Below the pieces are notes generated by a model. The model searched no databases. It was not told the DNA's origin and saw nothing but the letters and a program-made list of their open reading frames with translations. Of a DNA stretch of 64,000 nt, positions 19,018 through 29,677 are shown piece after piece. A program made the position numbers and the translations under genes. Numbering within the stretch: the first letter of the stretch is position 1; each line of letters begins with the position of its first letter. This DNA comes from Candidatus Bathyarchaeota archaeon (GTDB lineage Archaea > Thermoproteota > Bathyarchaeia > Bathyarchaeales > Bathycorpusculaceae): positions 160,001 through 224,000 of the forward strand of contig CAWGZR010000004.1 in NCBI GenBank assembly GCA_963827165.1, read 5' to 3'.

Positions 19018-19905
19018 TTACTCTGGCGATTTTAACTCAATTTTTATTTTACCCTTAGTTCCTAAACTTTCTAGGGCACGTTCGATTTCTTCATTTGAAG
19101 TTTGAAGTTCACTTGAACACCGTCCAAGATCGATTTCCCCATTAGTTTTTCGGACGTACTCCATGAGAACATCTTCCAACGAGGAGTTCTGAACCTTCAT
19201 CGTGAACTCCTTTATCTCCTGCTTCTTGTAGGAGAATAAGGAGTTGGCGGGGTCAAACCCAGTTTCCTCCACGGTTTTGTGTCCGATCATCTGCGAAGAA
19301 GTCGCTGTAAGGGCAACCATCTCTCGGATGGGTGTTTTTTCCACCACTTTAGGCGCTCCGATCGGAGGCTCAGGCAGAGTTTCAGATATTTTCTGCTGCA
19401 TAAACGATGTGACTTCTTTAAGGATTTCTTCTCCGCCCTCGGTTTTTCTCCCAACTGGAATCACATTTTCGTCAGTTGTTATTTTCGCCGCGTGCAACGT
19501 ATCTTGGATTGCGACGTTGACGCTGTCAAGTTCCGAACTTACGTCGGGGAGAACCTGGAACAGCTCTTGGGAAACGCCTTGCAGTAACTTCAGAGCAGGC
19601 TTAAGATCGGTGACGATGTCTCCTAGCTCCCTAATTGTTTCAAGGCGCATGATTACTCGTTCAATGGCTAATTGGACATTGTATAAGAATTTTACAAGTT
19701 TCCTAACTTCAGCAAGTTCAGTCGCACATATTGCGGCTTTTTCACGGTTATTCTTTTTCAGGGCACCCATGCAAGATTCAAAAAGTATTCGATCTCGCTC
19801 TTTGAGGCGAAAACTGGCTTGTTCAAGTTTGCCCTGCTGTATCTTAAGAGTAGTGATTGATTTAGTGGCGACTTCGCGGACAGGTGGAGGGGTCGGGTTG
19901 CTCAA
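19018..19905 (-). CDS. cdvB: ESCRT-III CdvB with C-terminal winged helix
   Basis: Snf7 core (ELAEVRK, LAIERVIMRLETI), LPEPP MIM-like motif, C-terminal wH; lies between cdvA and cdvC. Confidence 0.85.
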   Translation of the reverse strand: MSNPTPPPVREVATKSITTLKIQQGKLEQASFRLKERDRILFESCMGALKKNNREKAAICATELAEVRKLVKFLYNVQLAIERVIMRLETIRELGDIVTDLKPALKLLQGVSQELFQVLPDVSSELDSVNVAIQDTLHAAKITTDENVIPVGRKTEGGEEILKEVTSFMQQKISETLPEPPIGAPKVVEKTPIREMVALTATSSQMIGHKTVEETGFDPANSLFSYKKQEIKEFTMKVQNSSLEDVLMEYVRKTNGEIDLGRCSSELQTSNEEIERALESLGTKGKIKIELKSPE

Positions 19906-19955
19906 AACTTTGATACCTTATCCCTCCGCGCGACGTCTCCACTTTGGTTCGGCGT

Positions 19956-20672
19956 TTAGATGCCTGCTTTTCCCACTTCTTTAACGTAAACAACTACTGG
20001 GGGTTCAGGAAGTTTTTGAGCCGCTGTATTCACTTGTTCAGCGTAGACTTTTGATCTCTGAAGGGCATCTTGATTGTCGCCGAGGAGCACGCTTGAAATC
20101 TTGCTTTTTGTCAGTTCATAATCGGTTTTCTCTGAAGTTGCCCGTCGCAGTGCATCTTGAAGCACGACAAAAGCGTTCTTATAGTTCTCTTCGTCAACTT
20201 TGCCGATTTCATGCTCAATTTCCAAGTTGGCGACAGCGTAGCTCAACGATGTTATTTCGTCTTTGCACCGTGCTATTTCTACAGTGGCATCGTCAACGAT
20301 TTCCTGTGCGTCTCTCTTAAGCGAGGAAAGGACGTTGGTGAAGCTGCTGTGCAGGTCCTGGAAGACTTCCGGCGAGATCTTTTTCTTCTCCAGAAGGTCT
20401 TTTAAGGCTTGGTCCTTGCGCCAAATTAGGGGTATTTGGTCGCATAAAGCACCTGATTGAGACTTGATCCTTGTGATGAATGTGATTTCAGCGCCATTAA
20501 AGCGTAAGCTTTCCATGGGCTGCCTGGTAAATTGACCATCACCAAATTCAACGTAAACGGCGTCGAATTTGCCGCTGGGGGTTAATGCGAAAGAAGCGAT
20601 CTTGCCAATTACTCGCCCATATTCGTTCTTCACGGGTTTACCAATATAAAGAAAAAGATTGGAGTTAGACAT
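19956..20672 (-). CDS. cdvA: Cell division protein CdvA
   Basis: N-terminal PRC barrel (IGKPVKNEYGRVIG), coiled coil, C-terminal PEPPVVVYV strand. Confidence 0.9.
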   Translation of the reverse strand: MSNSNLFLYIGKPVKNEYGRVIGKIASFALTPSGKFDAVYVEFGDGQFTRQPMESLRFNGAEITFITRIKSQSGALCDQIPLIWRKDQALKDLLEKKKISPEVFQDLHSSFTNVLSSLKRDAQEIVDDATVEIARCKDEITSLSYAVANLEIEHEIGKVDEENYKNAFVVLQDALRRATSEKTDYELTKSKISSVLLGDNQDALQRSKVYAEQVNTAAQKLPEPPVVVYVKEVGKAGI

Positions 20673-20691
20673 TGTGTTTTATCCTCCTATT

Positions 20692-21350
20692 TTAGAAACT
20701 CTGTGTTGATTTCTCTGATTGTGGGGCAGCTGGCATTCCTGGTGGCAGATCTGGGAATTTGTCTTTGATCTTTTGCTCCGCAACTGTTGCTGCTTCTGTG
20801 AGTATCTTTGATGCATCCTCGTTCACTGTGTCAAAGTTCAGTGTCATTCCGCTTCCTTGGCCTGCTTCGATCATTATTCCGCTTAACATGTTGCCGATTT
20901 CGCCAAGTTCATTTTCTGCTTCTGGAAACACACTAACTAGGCCGATCTGACGGAACGTAGAACTCCTACGGCTGGACCTAAGGTTGAAACTACGTCGCCG
21001 AGTTCTGATACTGTTCGTAATCTTAAAGTGATCTGTTCGAGTGCAAGTTTAGCATTCATGATCAGCTTTGACATTTTTCGTACTTCTGCTAATTCGTTAG
21101 CAAAGACGTTTGCGCGTGCACTGTCATGTTTCGCATATGCATCAACGATTCTTGCGAAGATTGCTTTGTCTCTTTGGCCGAATCTGTCAGTGGCTTGGTC
21201 AAGCTTCTGTACTTGAAGATCGATGCGTCTGACTGCGAAGTCGAGTCGTGGCTTCAATGGCCCCGGTGGCTTCACTGCGTCTTTAATGCGGTTTTGGAAG
21301 GGAGTCTCATCCCGCTTGCTTTCCCACTTTTTTGCGAAGTTTTCTGACAA
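20692..21350 (-). CDS. ESCRT-III paralog (CdvB1/B2-like), one-base deletion near 20943
   Basis: TTG 21350 after GAGGT; PLKPRL...ANELAEVRK...LRTVSELGD; adding one base gives RSGLVSVFPEAENELGEI...KFPDLP. Confidence 0.85.
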
Positions 21351-21421
21351 TTTGATTACCTCTAAATCAGTGAAATGCCGCGGCAGACGCATTAACGTAT
21401 CTAATATGACCAGAATATGCA

Positions 21422-21443
21422 CGTATATATGTACAGATATACG
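21422..21443. promoter_or_regulatory. 22-bp near-perfect palindrome over the cdv operon TATA box
   Basis: CGTATAT-A-TGTACA-G-ATATACG. Confidence 0.55.
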
Positions 21444-21577
21444 CGGAGAAAAAAAGTCCATGAAGCTTGCGGTATAAGAGTTAAAGATGGTATCAGCGCT
21501 AATCCGTTTAGACAGAAATATGTTATATAGACTAAAATGCCTGGCGAAGTAATGCTAAAACAAAAAAGGTGAATTGA

Positions 21578-21805
21578 ATGAATAGTAGATTGAAAATATT
21601 CGGATTAATAGCTCTTTTGGGTTTCGTAGCAGGCATCATAGCCCAAGTCACAGCGACCTTTTTCATTCCATGGATGATCAGCGTTTTGCCATCACTTGCA
21701 GGCGCAACAACCTATTTGATATCGGGTTTTGCGGGCGCATGCTTAACAGTTGTGCTAGTCGGCGCATGGGCATACATGACTGGCAAGAAAGACCCATACC
21801 AATAA
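21578..21805 (+). CDS. Small 2-TM membrane protein, divergent from the cdv operon
   Basis: Two hydrophobic helices; GGTGA RBS; T-rich tract downstream. Confidence 0.8.
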   Translation: MNSRLKIFGLIALLGFVAGIIAQVTATFFIPWMISVLPSLAGATTYLISGFAGACLTVVLVGAWAYMTGKKDPYQ

Positions 21806-21920
21806 GAGCTTAACCTCCTCTTTCTTTTGTTACCAACTTTTTAAAACAAGAATAATTGAATTCTTCCGTCCCACTTTTCTCTTGATCTAATAATCAACAA
21901 ACGGGTCATAAACCAGAAAA

Positions 21921-22640
21921 TCATAACTTTTGAAGAACCTTCGGAAGCTCCTTTAAGCTTTTTATTACCACGTCCGGTTTGAGATTCTTTATTTGTTTTT
22001 CCGCTCGTCTCTTAATGTAAACTGTTTTCATGCCTACCGCTTTTGGTCCTTCAACGTCTGCATCCAATGTATCTCCGACGAAAACCGTTTCAAAGGCGGA
22101 AACATTCAGGGCTTCCAGAGTTTGGTTGAAGATTTCTGGGCTGGGTTTGCGCTTATTCACTGCACCTGAAACAATGACCACATCGAACAATGCGTTCAAA
22201 TCGTGGTTCCTAAGGAGTTCATAGACGCATTCGGGAATGACATAGTTTGAAACGATACCCAGCTTGTATTTGCAATGCAGGCTACGCAGCAGGGGTTCCG
22301 CATCTTCATCCAAGAAAACATACTTCATGAATTCGTCACAAAACACAGAGCTAGCAGAAACCACAAGCGGGCTGGAAGCGTCGTAGTTGCAATCCAACAT
22401 TTTTAGTGTCAATGCAAGTCGCACGTTGAAATGCGGTTCCTCAAGTTTTGGGTCTGCCACCGCGTAAAGCTCTTCGCGGGCTTTATCGTATGCTTCTTTA
22501 AATTTTTCCAATGGAACATCTACGCCGTTTTCAAAAAGGAACTTGTACATCCGCATAAGAGACGGACTATAAAAATCGTGGTTCTTGCGAATAATCATCA
22601 ATGTATCGAACATGTCAAATAAAACGGCTTTAGTCGTCAT
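21921..22640 (-). CDS. HAD-superfamily hydrolase
   Basis: LFDMFDTL, IVSN, RKPSPEIF, FVGDTLDADV. Confidence 0.9.
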   Translation of the reverse strand: MTTKAVLFDMFDTLMIIRKNHDFYSPSLMRMYKFLFENGVDVPLEKFKEAYDKAREELYAVADPKLEEPHFNVRLALTLKMLDCNYDASSPLVVSASSVFCDEFMKYVFLDEDAEPLLRSLHCKYKLGIVSNYVIPECVYELLRNHDLNALFDVVIVSGAVNKRKPSPEIFNQTLEALNVSAFETVFVGDTLDADVEGPKAVGMKTVYIKRRAEKQIKNLKPDVVIKSLKELPKVLQKL

Positions 22641-22917
22641 TAGTTTTTTCCTAAAACATAGGGTTTAGGAGGCTTAAAATCCTTATCGCAGCCGAACTTC
22701 GCTTACCAACTTACCTTCAACTTCGAGCCGAAGTATTGGACTTAGTTTAGAAAATCCGACATGAAATTGTAATTCAATATTCTAATGACTGAAGGATGTT
22801 AACTAACTGAAACACCGAATAATATCAAGAAGTCATCAGTACCGAAATTGAAAAAAGAAAATGTTAGAAACGTCAAGAAGCTCTTAAATTCAGCTTGTTT
22901 TCAAAGAAGCCGGTTTT

Positions 22918-25803
22918 CTATTTGTCCCAAAACTCTCTTGTACGCAGGTACTGGACCTTCGCCTTCAGGAGGTCCATATAGAACCCGTCTTCCTGGGCAT
23001 GCATCTTGCCTAGAATCCGAGAAGCTGTCTCGGGACCAACGCCCTTCACCTGCAGCGCCCGAACCGCATCCTTGCCGTAACTCAAAATCAAATCTGCCTT
23101 CCGACGCGCCTGACTAAGTTCCTTGAGCTCTTCAGGGGTCAGTTCTTTGCCGTCCCTTCTTCGCGCCAAAGCATCCCACAAATGGTTAGCGTCCTGAGAA
23201 CGGTAGAGCGGGGCCAAAAGTCCTGAACCGCATTTGGGGCACTCTGGCTGCGGAGGTAGATCTTTGATTTTTTCTTGCCCAGTCCACTGTGCGCATTTCA
23301 TGCACATCAACGTTATTGTGCGAGCGTCAATCGCCATTTTCAGCTTGTCAATGTTGTTGACGATAACTCGTTCGGGAGCCATCAGTTCGGTGACATCGGC
23401 GTATTTCGCCAAGATGTAGTAAGCTAGAGGGTTTGGCTTTTCGTAGCTTATGTAGGTTGTGAGCTTGATTTTTCCCTCTGCAATATCCCGCATAATTTGT
23501 TTGGCTTGAGGCAAATCGACTTTTTCCATCATAGCTTCACGGATAGTTTCCCGGTAAACAGGCGTGTTTTCAAATTGAGCTCGAAGTTCGCTTTGTCTTT
23601 GGTAACTCATTGTTTTTCCTCGGGGCAAAACGCCGAACCGCTCCGCCACAGCCTTCATCTTGTAGCCGAACGGGAACTTGGCTTCCAAATACTTCTCAAA
23701 GGCATGGTCAACTGCTTCGTCGCTGAGCGTGAAGAGGGTTTGTCCAAGCTCGGCGACTTCTTGCTTGTTGAGTTTGCGCGGCAACTCGATTAGGATTCTG
23801 TAGCCGTCTGTCCACCAACCCGTTATAATTTCGCGTTCGGACAAAACGCTGTCAAATACGCCGCCCAAAGTCTTGTTAACGAGCTCGCCGAAGCAGGCGT
23901 GAATTATCAGGTATTTGCCATAAACTTCCAAAACCACGTGTTTCTCAGTTGGCAACGGCGCATTCTGCTTGATTTGCTCCCCAACTTCCGAAATAGCGTT
24001 TAGCATGCTGTCTTTATCTGAGCCCCATTCTTTCGCCAAAATCTCGGCGGTAACGTTGACGTCTGAAGTTTCTTTGAGCACTTGGGCGATTCTTTCCCTG
24101 TGCTTTCCTGTTTGCTGCGCAAGCTCGAAAGGTACAGGCAAGATTTCTCCGTCCCATCCTGGAACAGACGCGAAGGGGTCTTCCGACGGCAAAACATGAA
24201 CGGTCCCACTTTCCTCTTCGATTTGCACTATTCTCCAGACTTTGCCTTTCATTATGAAGTTTAACCCGACTCTTGCGTGCAGAGCCATGAATTCGTCCCC
24301 TAATGTGCCGATTTTACGGTCGGTTAGAATGTTTATAACTGGGTACCTTCGTTCATCTGGAATCATTGAGAGGTTACTGAAGTAATATTCCCGGGTTCTC
24401 CGTGTTTTAGTCAAAACTCGCTCGACTTCGTCGAATCTTAAGTGGTTCAGGCTGTCTAAAAAGCGTATCAGATCCAACAACTCTTTTTTCCCGAGGCTTC
24501 GGTACAAATAAGACCTGTGCAGCAAACGAAAAAGCTCCTCAAAACTTACCTCTCCAAGATCCATCAGCACCCCAGCGATTTGATGCGACAAAACGTCTAG
24601 CGCGTTTTCATGCATCAAAACGGGTTCAATCATGTTACCTTTCGCGTTTTTTATCGACGCTAAAGCTTCCAATGCGTCGTCTGGGTAAACCGTGATTATT
24701 GTGCCTTGCGAGGCCCTGTCTAAGCTGTGCCCGCTTCTGCCGACCCGTTGAATGAGGCTATTTACTTGCCTAGGCGACATGTACTGGACTACCAAATCGA
24801 CGTTGCCGATGTCAATGCCTAACTCCAAGGTGCTTGTGCAAATGATTGCTTTCAACTGCCCGTTCTTGAATGCGTCCTCAATATTGATTCTTTCCTCTTT
24901 GCTTATTGACCCATGATGAACCGCTATATCATCGCGGTTTAGCTGTTGAAGTTTATGTCCCAAAACCTCCGCGACCGTGCGGCTATTAACAAAAACAAGA
25001 GTTGACTTATGTGAATCCACAAGCTCCAAAATCCGACGTATTCTTGCAGCTGCTTCAGGCGACGTCTCCAGTTTTGCAGCAAGCTCGTAGTCTGCTTCTA
25101 TCGGTGAAGGATTTTCAACGTTGTAGAGGTAGGTTTTCTCAGGTGAGGCTTGAATGATGCTGATTTTTCGGCGGGCGCCAGCGATGAACTTGGCGATTTC
25201 CTGAGGGTTCCCGACGGTTGCTGACAGACCGATTCTCTGGAAGTCTCGGCCCATTACAAATTGCAGCCGCTCAAGCGCCAAAGAAAGTTGAGTTCCCCGT
25301 TTGCTTGAAGCCAAATCATGAACCTCATCCACGACAACGAACTCTACGCTTCGCAAGTGCTGACGCATCCGGCTTCCCGGAAGGACCGCCTGTAAAGTTT
25401 CTGGAGTAGTTACAAGCAGGGTTGGTGGTTTTTTAGCTTGCATTCGACGAGTTTTCTGTTCCGTATCGCCATGGCGAACTTCCACCGTGAAACCTAGCTT
25501 TTGCCCCCAAAGAGTTAGACGTTTTAGCATGTCGCGGTTCAAAGCCCGAAGAGGCGTAATGTACAGCACTCTTATGCCCCTTTGATTTTCGCTTTGCTGC
25601 TCAACGAGCTTAGAGAAGATGGGGAGAAGAACCGCTTCCGTTTTTCCACTCCCAGTCGGAGAAACCAAAAGAACGTTTTTTCCTTCAAGCACCGCTGGAA
25701 ATGCCATTATCTGCGGCGAAGTGGGCTCATAGAATCCAAGCTCAGCTAACGCTTTCTGAACAGGTTTTGCAAGCAAATCGAAAACGAAACTTCGGGTCTG
25801 CAT
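22918..25803 (-). CDS. lhr: Lhr-family SF2 helicase with C-terminal Zn finger and HhH
   Basis: SPTGSGKT, TPLRALNRD, DEVH, LSAT, TSTLELGIDIG, QRVGRSGH. Confidence 0.9.
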   Translation of the reverse strand: MQTRSFVFDLLAKPVQKALAELGFYEPTSPQIMAFPAVLEGKNVLLVSPTGSGKTEAVLLPIFSKLVEQQSENQRGIRVLYITPLRALNRDMLKRLTLWGQKLGFTVEVRHGDTEQKTRRMQAKKPPTLLVTTPETLQAVLPGSRMRQHLRSVEFVVVDEVHDLASSKRGTQLSLALERLQFVMGRDFQRIGLSATVGNPQEIAKFIAGARRKISIIQASPEKTYLYNVENPSPIEADYELAAKLETSPEAAARIRRILELVDSHKSTLVFVNSRTVAEVLGHKLQQLNRDDIAVHHGSISKEERINIEDAFKNGQLKAIICTSTLELGIDIGNVDLVVQYMSPRQVNSLIQRVGRSGHSLDRASQGTIITVYPDDALEALASIKNAKGNMIEPVLMHENALDVLSHQIAGVLMDLGEVSFEELFRLLHRSYLYRSLGKKELLDLIRFLDSLNHLRFDEVERVLTKTRRTREYYFSNLSMIPDERRYPVINILTDRKIGTLGDEFMALHARVGLNFIMKGKVWRIVQIEEESGTVHVLPSEDPFASVPGWDGEILPVPFELAQQTGKHRERIAQVLKETSDVNVTAEILAKEWGSDKDSMLNAISEVGEQIKQNAPLPTEKHVVLEVYGKYLIIHACFGELVNKTLGGVFDSVLSEREIITGWWTDGYRILIELPRKLNKQEVAELGQTLFTLSDEAVDHAFEKYLEAKFPFGYKMKAVAERFGVLPRGKTMSYQRQSELRAQFENTPVYRETIREAMMEKVDLPQAKQIMRDIAEGKIKLTTYISYEKPNPLAYYILAKYADVTELMAPERVIVNNIDKLKMAIDARTITLMCMKCAQWTGQEKIKDLPPQPECPKCGSGLLAPLYRSQDANHLWDALARRRDGKELTPEELKELSQARRKADLILSYGKDAVRALQVKGVGPETASRILGKMHAQEDGFYMDLLKAKVQYLRTREFWDK

Positions 25804-26060
25804 TTTTCCTATGGCTTACTGTTTGAGGCGTTTTTTAACTCTTTACTTTCAAAAGGTCGGCTTTTGCCTGAAAAAAGCAACCGTTTATCGTCTGTCGGCT
25901 TGGTTGGTATTTAGAGGACTATGCTAGGAACCTGATTTAACAAATAACCGAATTCGGCTTTGCAAGAAAGTTAATATCCATTGGACAACAAAGCAGAAGC
26001 ATAGAAGAGTTAAACTAATAGTTAACAAAAACCTTACAAGTTAGCGGTTGGTGGGGGAAA

Positions 26061-26369
26061 GTGAACCTAAAACTATATGCGGTAAAGAAAGGCAACCAGA
26101 GACTCGACAGGAACGTCCAACTGGTCGTCGTTGACCTAGACAAAGGTAGACGTTACCCTCTCAACTTCGTGTGCATCCTACCAAGGTATCTTCGGCTGCT
26201 TGAAAAAAGATCAAGCAACTTCGCCAACATTTTCGGTGAAAAAAGCCTGTGCGTAGCAAAGGACCTCCTGGTTGAAGCGAAACATGTTGAAGAAGACCCA
26301 GATATCCAGAAAGCCATCGGCAAACGGATAAAAGACATAGATCACAAAAAGATCCAAGCTGGCTGCTAA
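26061..26369 (+). CDS. Hypothetical protein
   Basis: GTG start after GGTGGGGG RBS; 102 aa. Confidence 0.65.
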   Translation: MNLKLYAVKKGNQRLDRNVQLVVVDLDKGRRYPLNFVCILPRYLRLLEKRSSNFANIFGEKSLCVAKDLLVEAKHVEEDPDIQKAIGKRIKDIDHKKIQAGC

Positions 26370-26480
26370 GAAAAGCAAATCGACTTTAAGCGATTTTCAT
26401 TCATACGGTTCTAGTTGAAAACTTCTAAATTTAAATTCTGGGCAAGCGAATGCTATGCTAATGGCTTAGAGAGGGAGCGC

Positions 26481-27350
26481 ATGGCTTTAGACTGGGGAAT
26501 TGCCCTTGCAGTTGTCGCAATGGTTAGCTGGGGAGTAGCAGATTTCTTAGCGAAGAAAGCAATAGACCAAGTCGGCTACAGAACAAGTATAGTAATAAAC
26601 CAAGCCATCGCGTTCATACCTATCCTGTTCTTTGCAGCCCTATTCTTCAAGATGCCCAGTTTTTCAGCTCTTCTCGTTGGGGAAGTCGTTTTGGCAGGTG
26701 TAACAGGGGTCATCGGCTACATTTTCCTGTACAGGGGCTTCGGGAGAGGGAACGTTTCGGTTGTTGCTCCGATTACCGCCAGCTGGTCAGTCATAACAGT
26801 CCTGCTCGCAGCCGTTCTTTTCGCGGAAAAATTGACCCCACTTCAAATCACAGGTGTTGTCGCGGTTTTCATCGGCGTCTTTTTAGCCTCCACAAACTTT
26901 ACCGAACTCAAGAAAAGCATCAAAGTAGGCGGATGGGCAGCTGGCGCCACAGACGCCACAATCGCTATGGTGGCATGGGGAATCAGCTACGCACTGCTAA
27001 AACCTATCACGTCGGCAGTCGGACCTGTGATCGCGCTTTTTCTTCTTAAAATCATCGCCGTTGGAGCACTTTTCTCATTGACAAGCATCACAAAAACCAA
27101 GGTTTCATTTCCAGCCAAAATGATTTTTCTTTTCCTGGCTATAGCAGGGTTACTGGATTTCGTGGCTTACTTGGCCTTTAACTTCAGCTTGGGTACCCAG
27201 TATGTTTCGGTTGTTTCGGCTATTGTGGCAACCGCTCCTGCCATAACTATCGCGCTTGCCTATGTTTTCTTGAAAGAAAGAATCGTGCGCAACCAAAAAC
27301 TTGGCATTATCGCAATAATAGTCGGGCTCATTCTCATCGCCCTAACCTAA
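26481..27350 (+). CDS. EamA/DMT family transporter
   Basis: ~10 TM in two repeats; VSVVAPI, FLKERI; ATG after GAGGGAG. Confidence 0.9.
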   Translation: MALDWGIALAVVAMVSWGVADFLAKKAIDQVGYRTSIVINQAIAFIPILFFAALFFKMPSFSALLVGEVVLAGVTGVIGYIFLYRGFGRGNVSVVAPITASWSVITVLLAAVLFAEKLTPLQITGVVAVFIGVFLASTNFTELKKSIKVGGWAAGATDATIAMVAWGISYALLKPITSAVGPVIALFLLKIIAVGALFSLTSITKTKVSFPAKMIFLFLAIAGLLDFVAYLAFNFSLGTQYVSVVSAIVATAPAITIALAYVFLKERIVRNQKLGIIAIIVGLILIALT

Positions 27351-27391
27351 ACCATTACCCTTATGGATAGGGAGATTTTCAGCGCAACAGT

Positions 27392-28615
27392 TTATGAAGA
27401 TGGCTTTTTGCCTGCAGAGACAAGTATTGAGATTAGGTAGTCATTTTCGACTAATCCGAATGCTCCGTTTCTTGCTGAGGATTCATCGAATTTTTTGACT
27501 CCGTCGGGTTTTAAACTGGGCGATTTGATGGCGAAGGGGATGGGTTCTCTTGAATGTGTGCCAGTGCTAACGGGCGTCGGGTGGTCAGGCGATATAGAAA
27601 TCGTGTAGGGCATATCTAAGCCGCCGAGAATTCTTCCAAGGAGCCTCTTGTCCAAATCTTCAATGGTCTTAACTTTAAGGACAGGATCCTTTGAGTGTCC
27701 AGCTTCGTCCGGAGCTTCAACATGGACGAAGACCAAATCTACCTCCTGCAGAGCTTTGAGAGCCGCATCAGCTTTACCCTCATAATCTGTGTCCCATAGA
27801 CCAGTGGCGCCGGGAACCTCGATAACCTGCATCCCAGCGTAAATGCCTAATCCCCTAACCAAATCTACTGCAGTTATGACTGCACCGTTAAGACCGAATT
27901 TTTTCTTCAAGGTAGGTATTATTGGTTTTTTACCGCCGCCCCAAGGCCAAATCAAGTTACCGGGTCTTTTGCCTGCTTTTTCACGAGCGATATTAACAGG
28001 GTGACTGCGCAGAATCTTCCTTGAGCCAATGATTAAGTCTCTTAACTGTTGCGCGTCTTTTTCAGCTTCGGACTTTTTGGCGTTGGGCAGAATCGATGAG
28101 ACTTTTACGCCTATTGAGTCATGCGGTGGCATGCAATCGATAAATTCGGGATAAGGGAAGTTTCGCATTATAAGGAAGTGCCGGTACCCACATCCTGAGA
28201 AGAACTCGATTTTGCCAGGCTTCCCGTATGCTTTGCTCATGGCTTCAATCAGTTGGGAAGATTCCTCGGTTGTTATATGTCCGGAACAGTAGTCGAGAAT
28301 AGCCCCGTCGGCCTCAGTAATCAAGTTGCATCGATAGGCGGCATCATTTTTTCCGAGCTTTATGCCTCGGGAAGGCGCTTCAAGGGGTCCCCTGCCCGTG
28401 CAATAAATTCGAGGGTCATAACCCATCAGAGAACAAATAGCAGTGTCTGAACCTGGGATGCAGTCGTCAGGAACAGTTTTCAGCAGCCCACTTTGCCCTT
28501 GCGCCGCGATCGAATCCATGTTCGGCTTATAGGCTGCTTGAAGAGGCGTTTTGCCGCCAAGTTCAGGAACGGGGCAATCAGCCATTCCATCTCCAACAAC
28601 GAGAATATACTTCAT
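27392..28615 (-). CDS. apgM: Cofactor-independent phosphoglycerate mutase (archaeal ApgM family)
   Basis: GDGMAD, KTPLQAA, PGSD, GRGPLEA, HVEAPDEAGH, PDHPTP. Confidence 0.9.
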   Translation of the reverse strand: MKYILVVGDGMADCPVPELGGKTPLQAAYKPNMDSIAAQGQSGLLKTVPDDCIPGSDTAICSLMGYDPRIYCTGRGPLEAPSRGIKLGKNDAAYRCNLITEADGAILDYCSGHITTEESSQLIEAMSKAYGKPGKIEFFSGCGYRHFLIMRNFPYPEFIDCMPPHDSIGVKVSSILPNAKKSEAEKDAQQLRDLIIGSRKILRSHPVNIAREKAGKRPGNLIWPWGGGKKPIIPTLKKKFGLNGAVITAVDLVRGLGIYAGMQVIEVPGATGLWDTDYEGKADAALKALQEVDLVFVHVEAPDEAGHSKDPVLKVKTIEDLDKRLLGRILGGLDMPYTISISPDHPTPVSTGTHSREPIPFAIKSPSLKPDGVKKFDESSARNGAFGLVENDYLISILVSAGKKPSS

Positions 28616-28741
28616 CTAGTCAAGTCCAAACAATCTTTTAGGGTGTATCCTGAATATGAGTTCTTTGTTTTTTAAAGTTAACACGACCAAATATTTAAGC
28701 GCAAAAGTAGAACAAACAAAAGAAAGATGGTTGATAGAGAG

Positions 28742-29476
28742 TTATGGCATTACTACTGCGCCAATCAGACTTATGGTTGGTGTCGGCAGGACATTTGCTG
28801 AGTATTCTGAGCTGAAGCCGACGGGTGCGTTTGAGATCGCCATCACGACGTTTTGACCGTAGATTACTTGTCCGAAAACGGTGTATCCTGAATCGAGGTC
28901 GCTATTGTCGGCCACATTAATGAAGAACTGTGTGCTTGCTGTGGCTGTACCGCCTGCATTGGCCATCGCGATGGTCATGTTAAGATTGCTGTTCCCATCT
29001 CCGTTTTCAAGGTTTGTGATGGTTGGTTGGGTAGTTTTGCCTTCTCCGCCTTGAATCATGAAGCCAGCGATGACTCTTTGGAAGATAGTGCTGTTGTAGT
29101 ATCCTTCGTTGACCAGTTTTACGAAGTTGGCGGTAGTGATTGGCTTGTCATCTCTCATCTGGATGACAATGTCGCCTTTGGAAGTTATGAAAAGTACCTT
29201 TGTGCCGCCTGCGCTGTATTCGCCTGTTGGGGAAGTTAGCGGAGTCACGGATGGATACGGACTGCCAGAAGAAATTGGAGATGACGAAGCAGTTGGAGCA
29301 GGTGAAGGAGTGTTCTGAATAGTCGATGGTGCACTTGGGCCTAAGTGAGTAGCTACTACGTATCCGACAAACGCGATAACGATAATTGCCAAAACAGCGC
29401 CTACTATCATCTTGCGGTTGTTGCTGCGTTTTTTAGGATTGTAAGTCTTAACTTTGACGTTTTTCTTGGAGCTCAT
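28742..29476 (-). CDS. Membrane-anchored cyclophilin-type peptidyl-prolyl isomerase
   Basis: Basic N-tail, TM, Pro/Ser linker, then PITTANF, FQRVIAGFMIQGG, AMANAG, QFFIN, YTVFG. Confidence 0.85.
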   Translation of the reverse strand: MSSKKNVKVKTYNPKKRSNNRKMIVGAVLAIIVIAFVGYVVATHLGPSAPSTIQNTPSPAPTASSSPISSGSPYPSVTPLTSPTGEYSAGGTKVLFITSKGDIVIQMRDDKPITTANFVKLVNEGYYNSTIFQRVIAGFMIQGGEGKTTQPTITNLENGDGNSNLNMTIAMANAGGTATASTQFFINVADNSDLDSGYTVFGQVIYGQNVVMAISNAPVGFSSEYSANVLPTPTISLIGAVVMP

Positions 29477-29677
29477 GCCCAGAATTATTGAACATTTTTT
29501 ATTTAAACCTTTCAAAAATAACAGGCAAAAAAGAATGGCTCCAACTTCTTCAGAAATAACGGCCTTACACATGCCAATTAGCGTTTCAGCGTTCAGCACT
29601 ATTTTTATTTACGTTCCAGTTTCAGTCATATGTTGGCGAGTAAGCGCGGCAGCAAACTCTGGTTAAGTTGAAATGGA

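Noticed and set aside
20937-20939. TAG in the CdvB paralog as pyrrolysine/readthrough
   Set aside because: Readthrough gives non-homologous LVCFQ; the true continuation needs a frame change.
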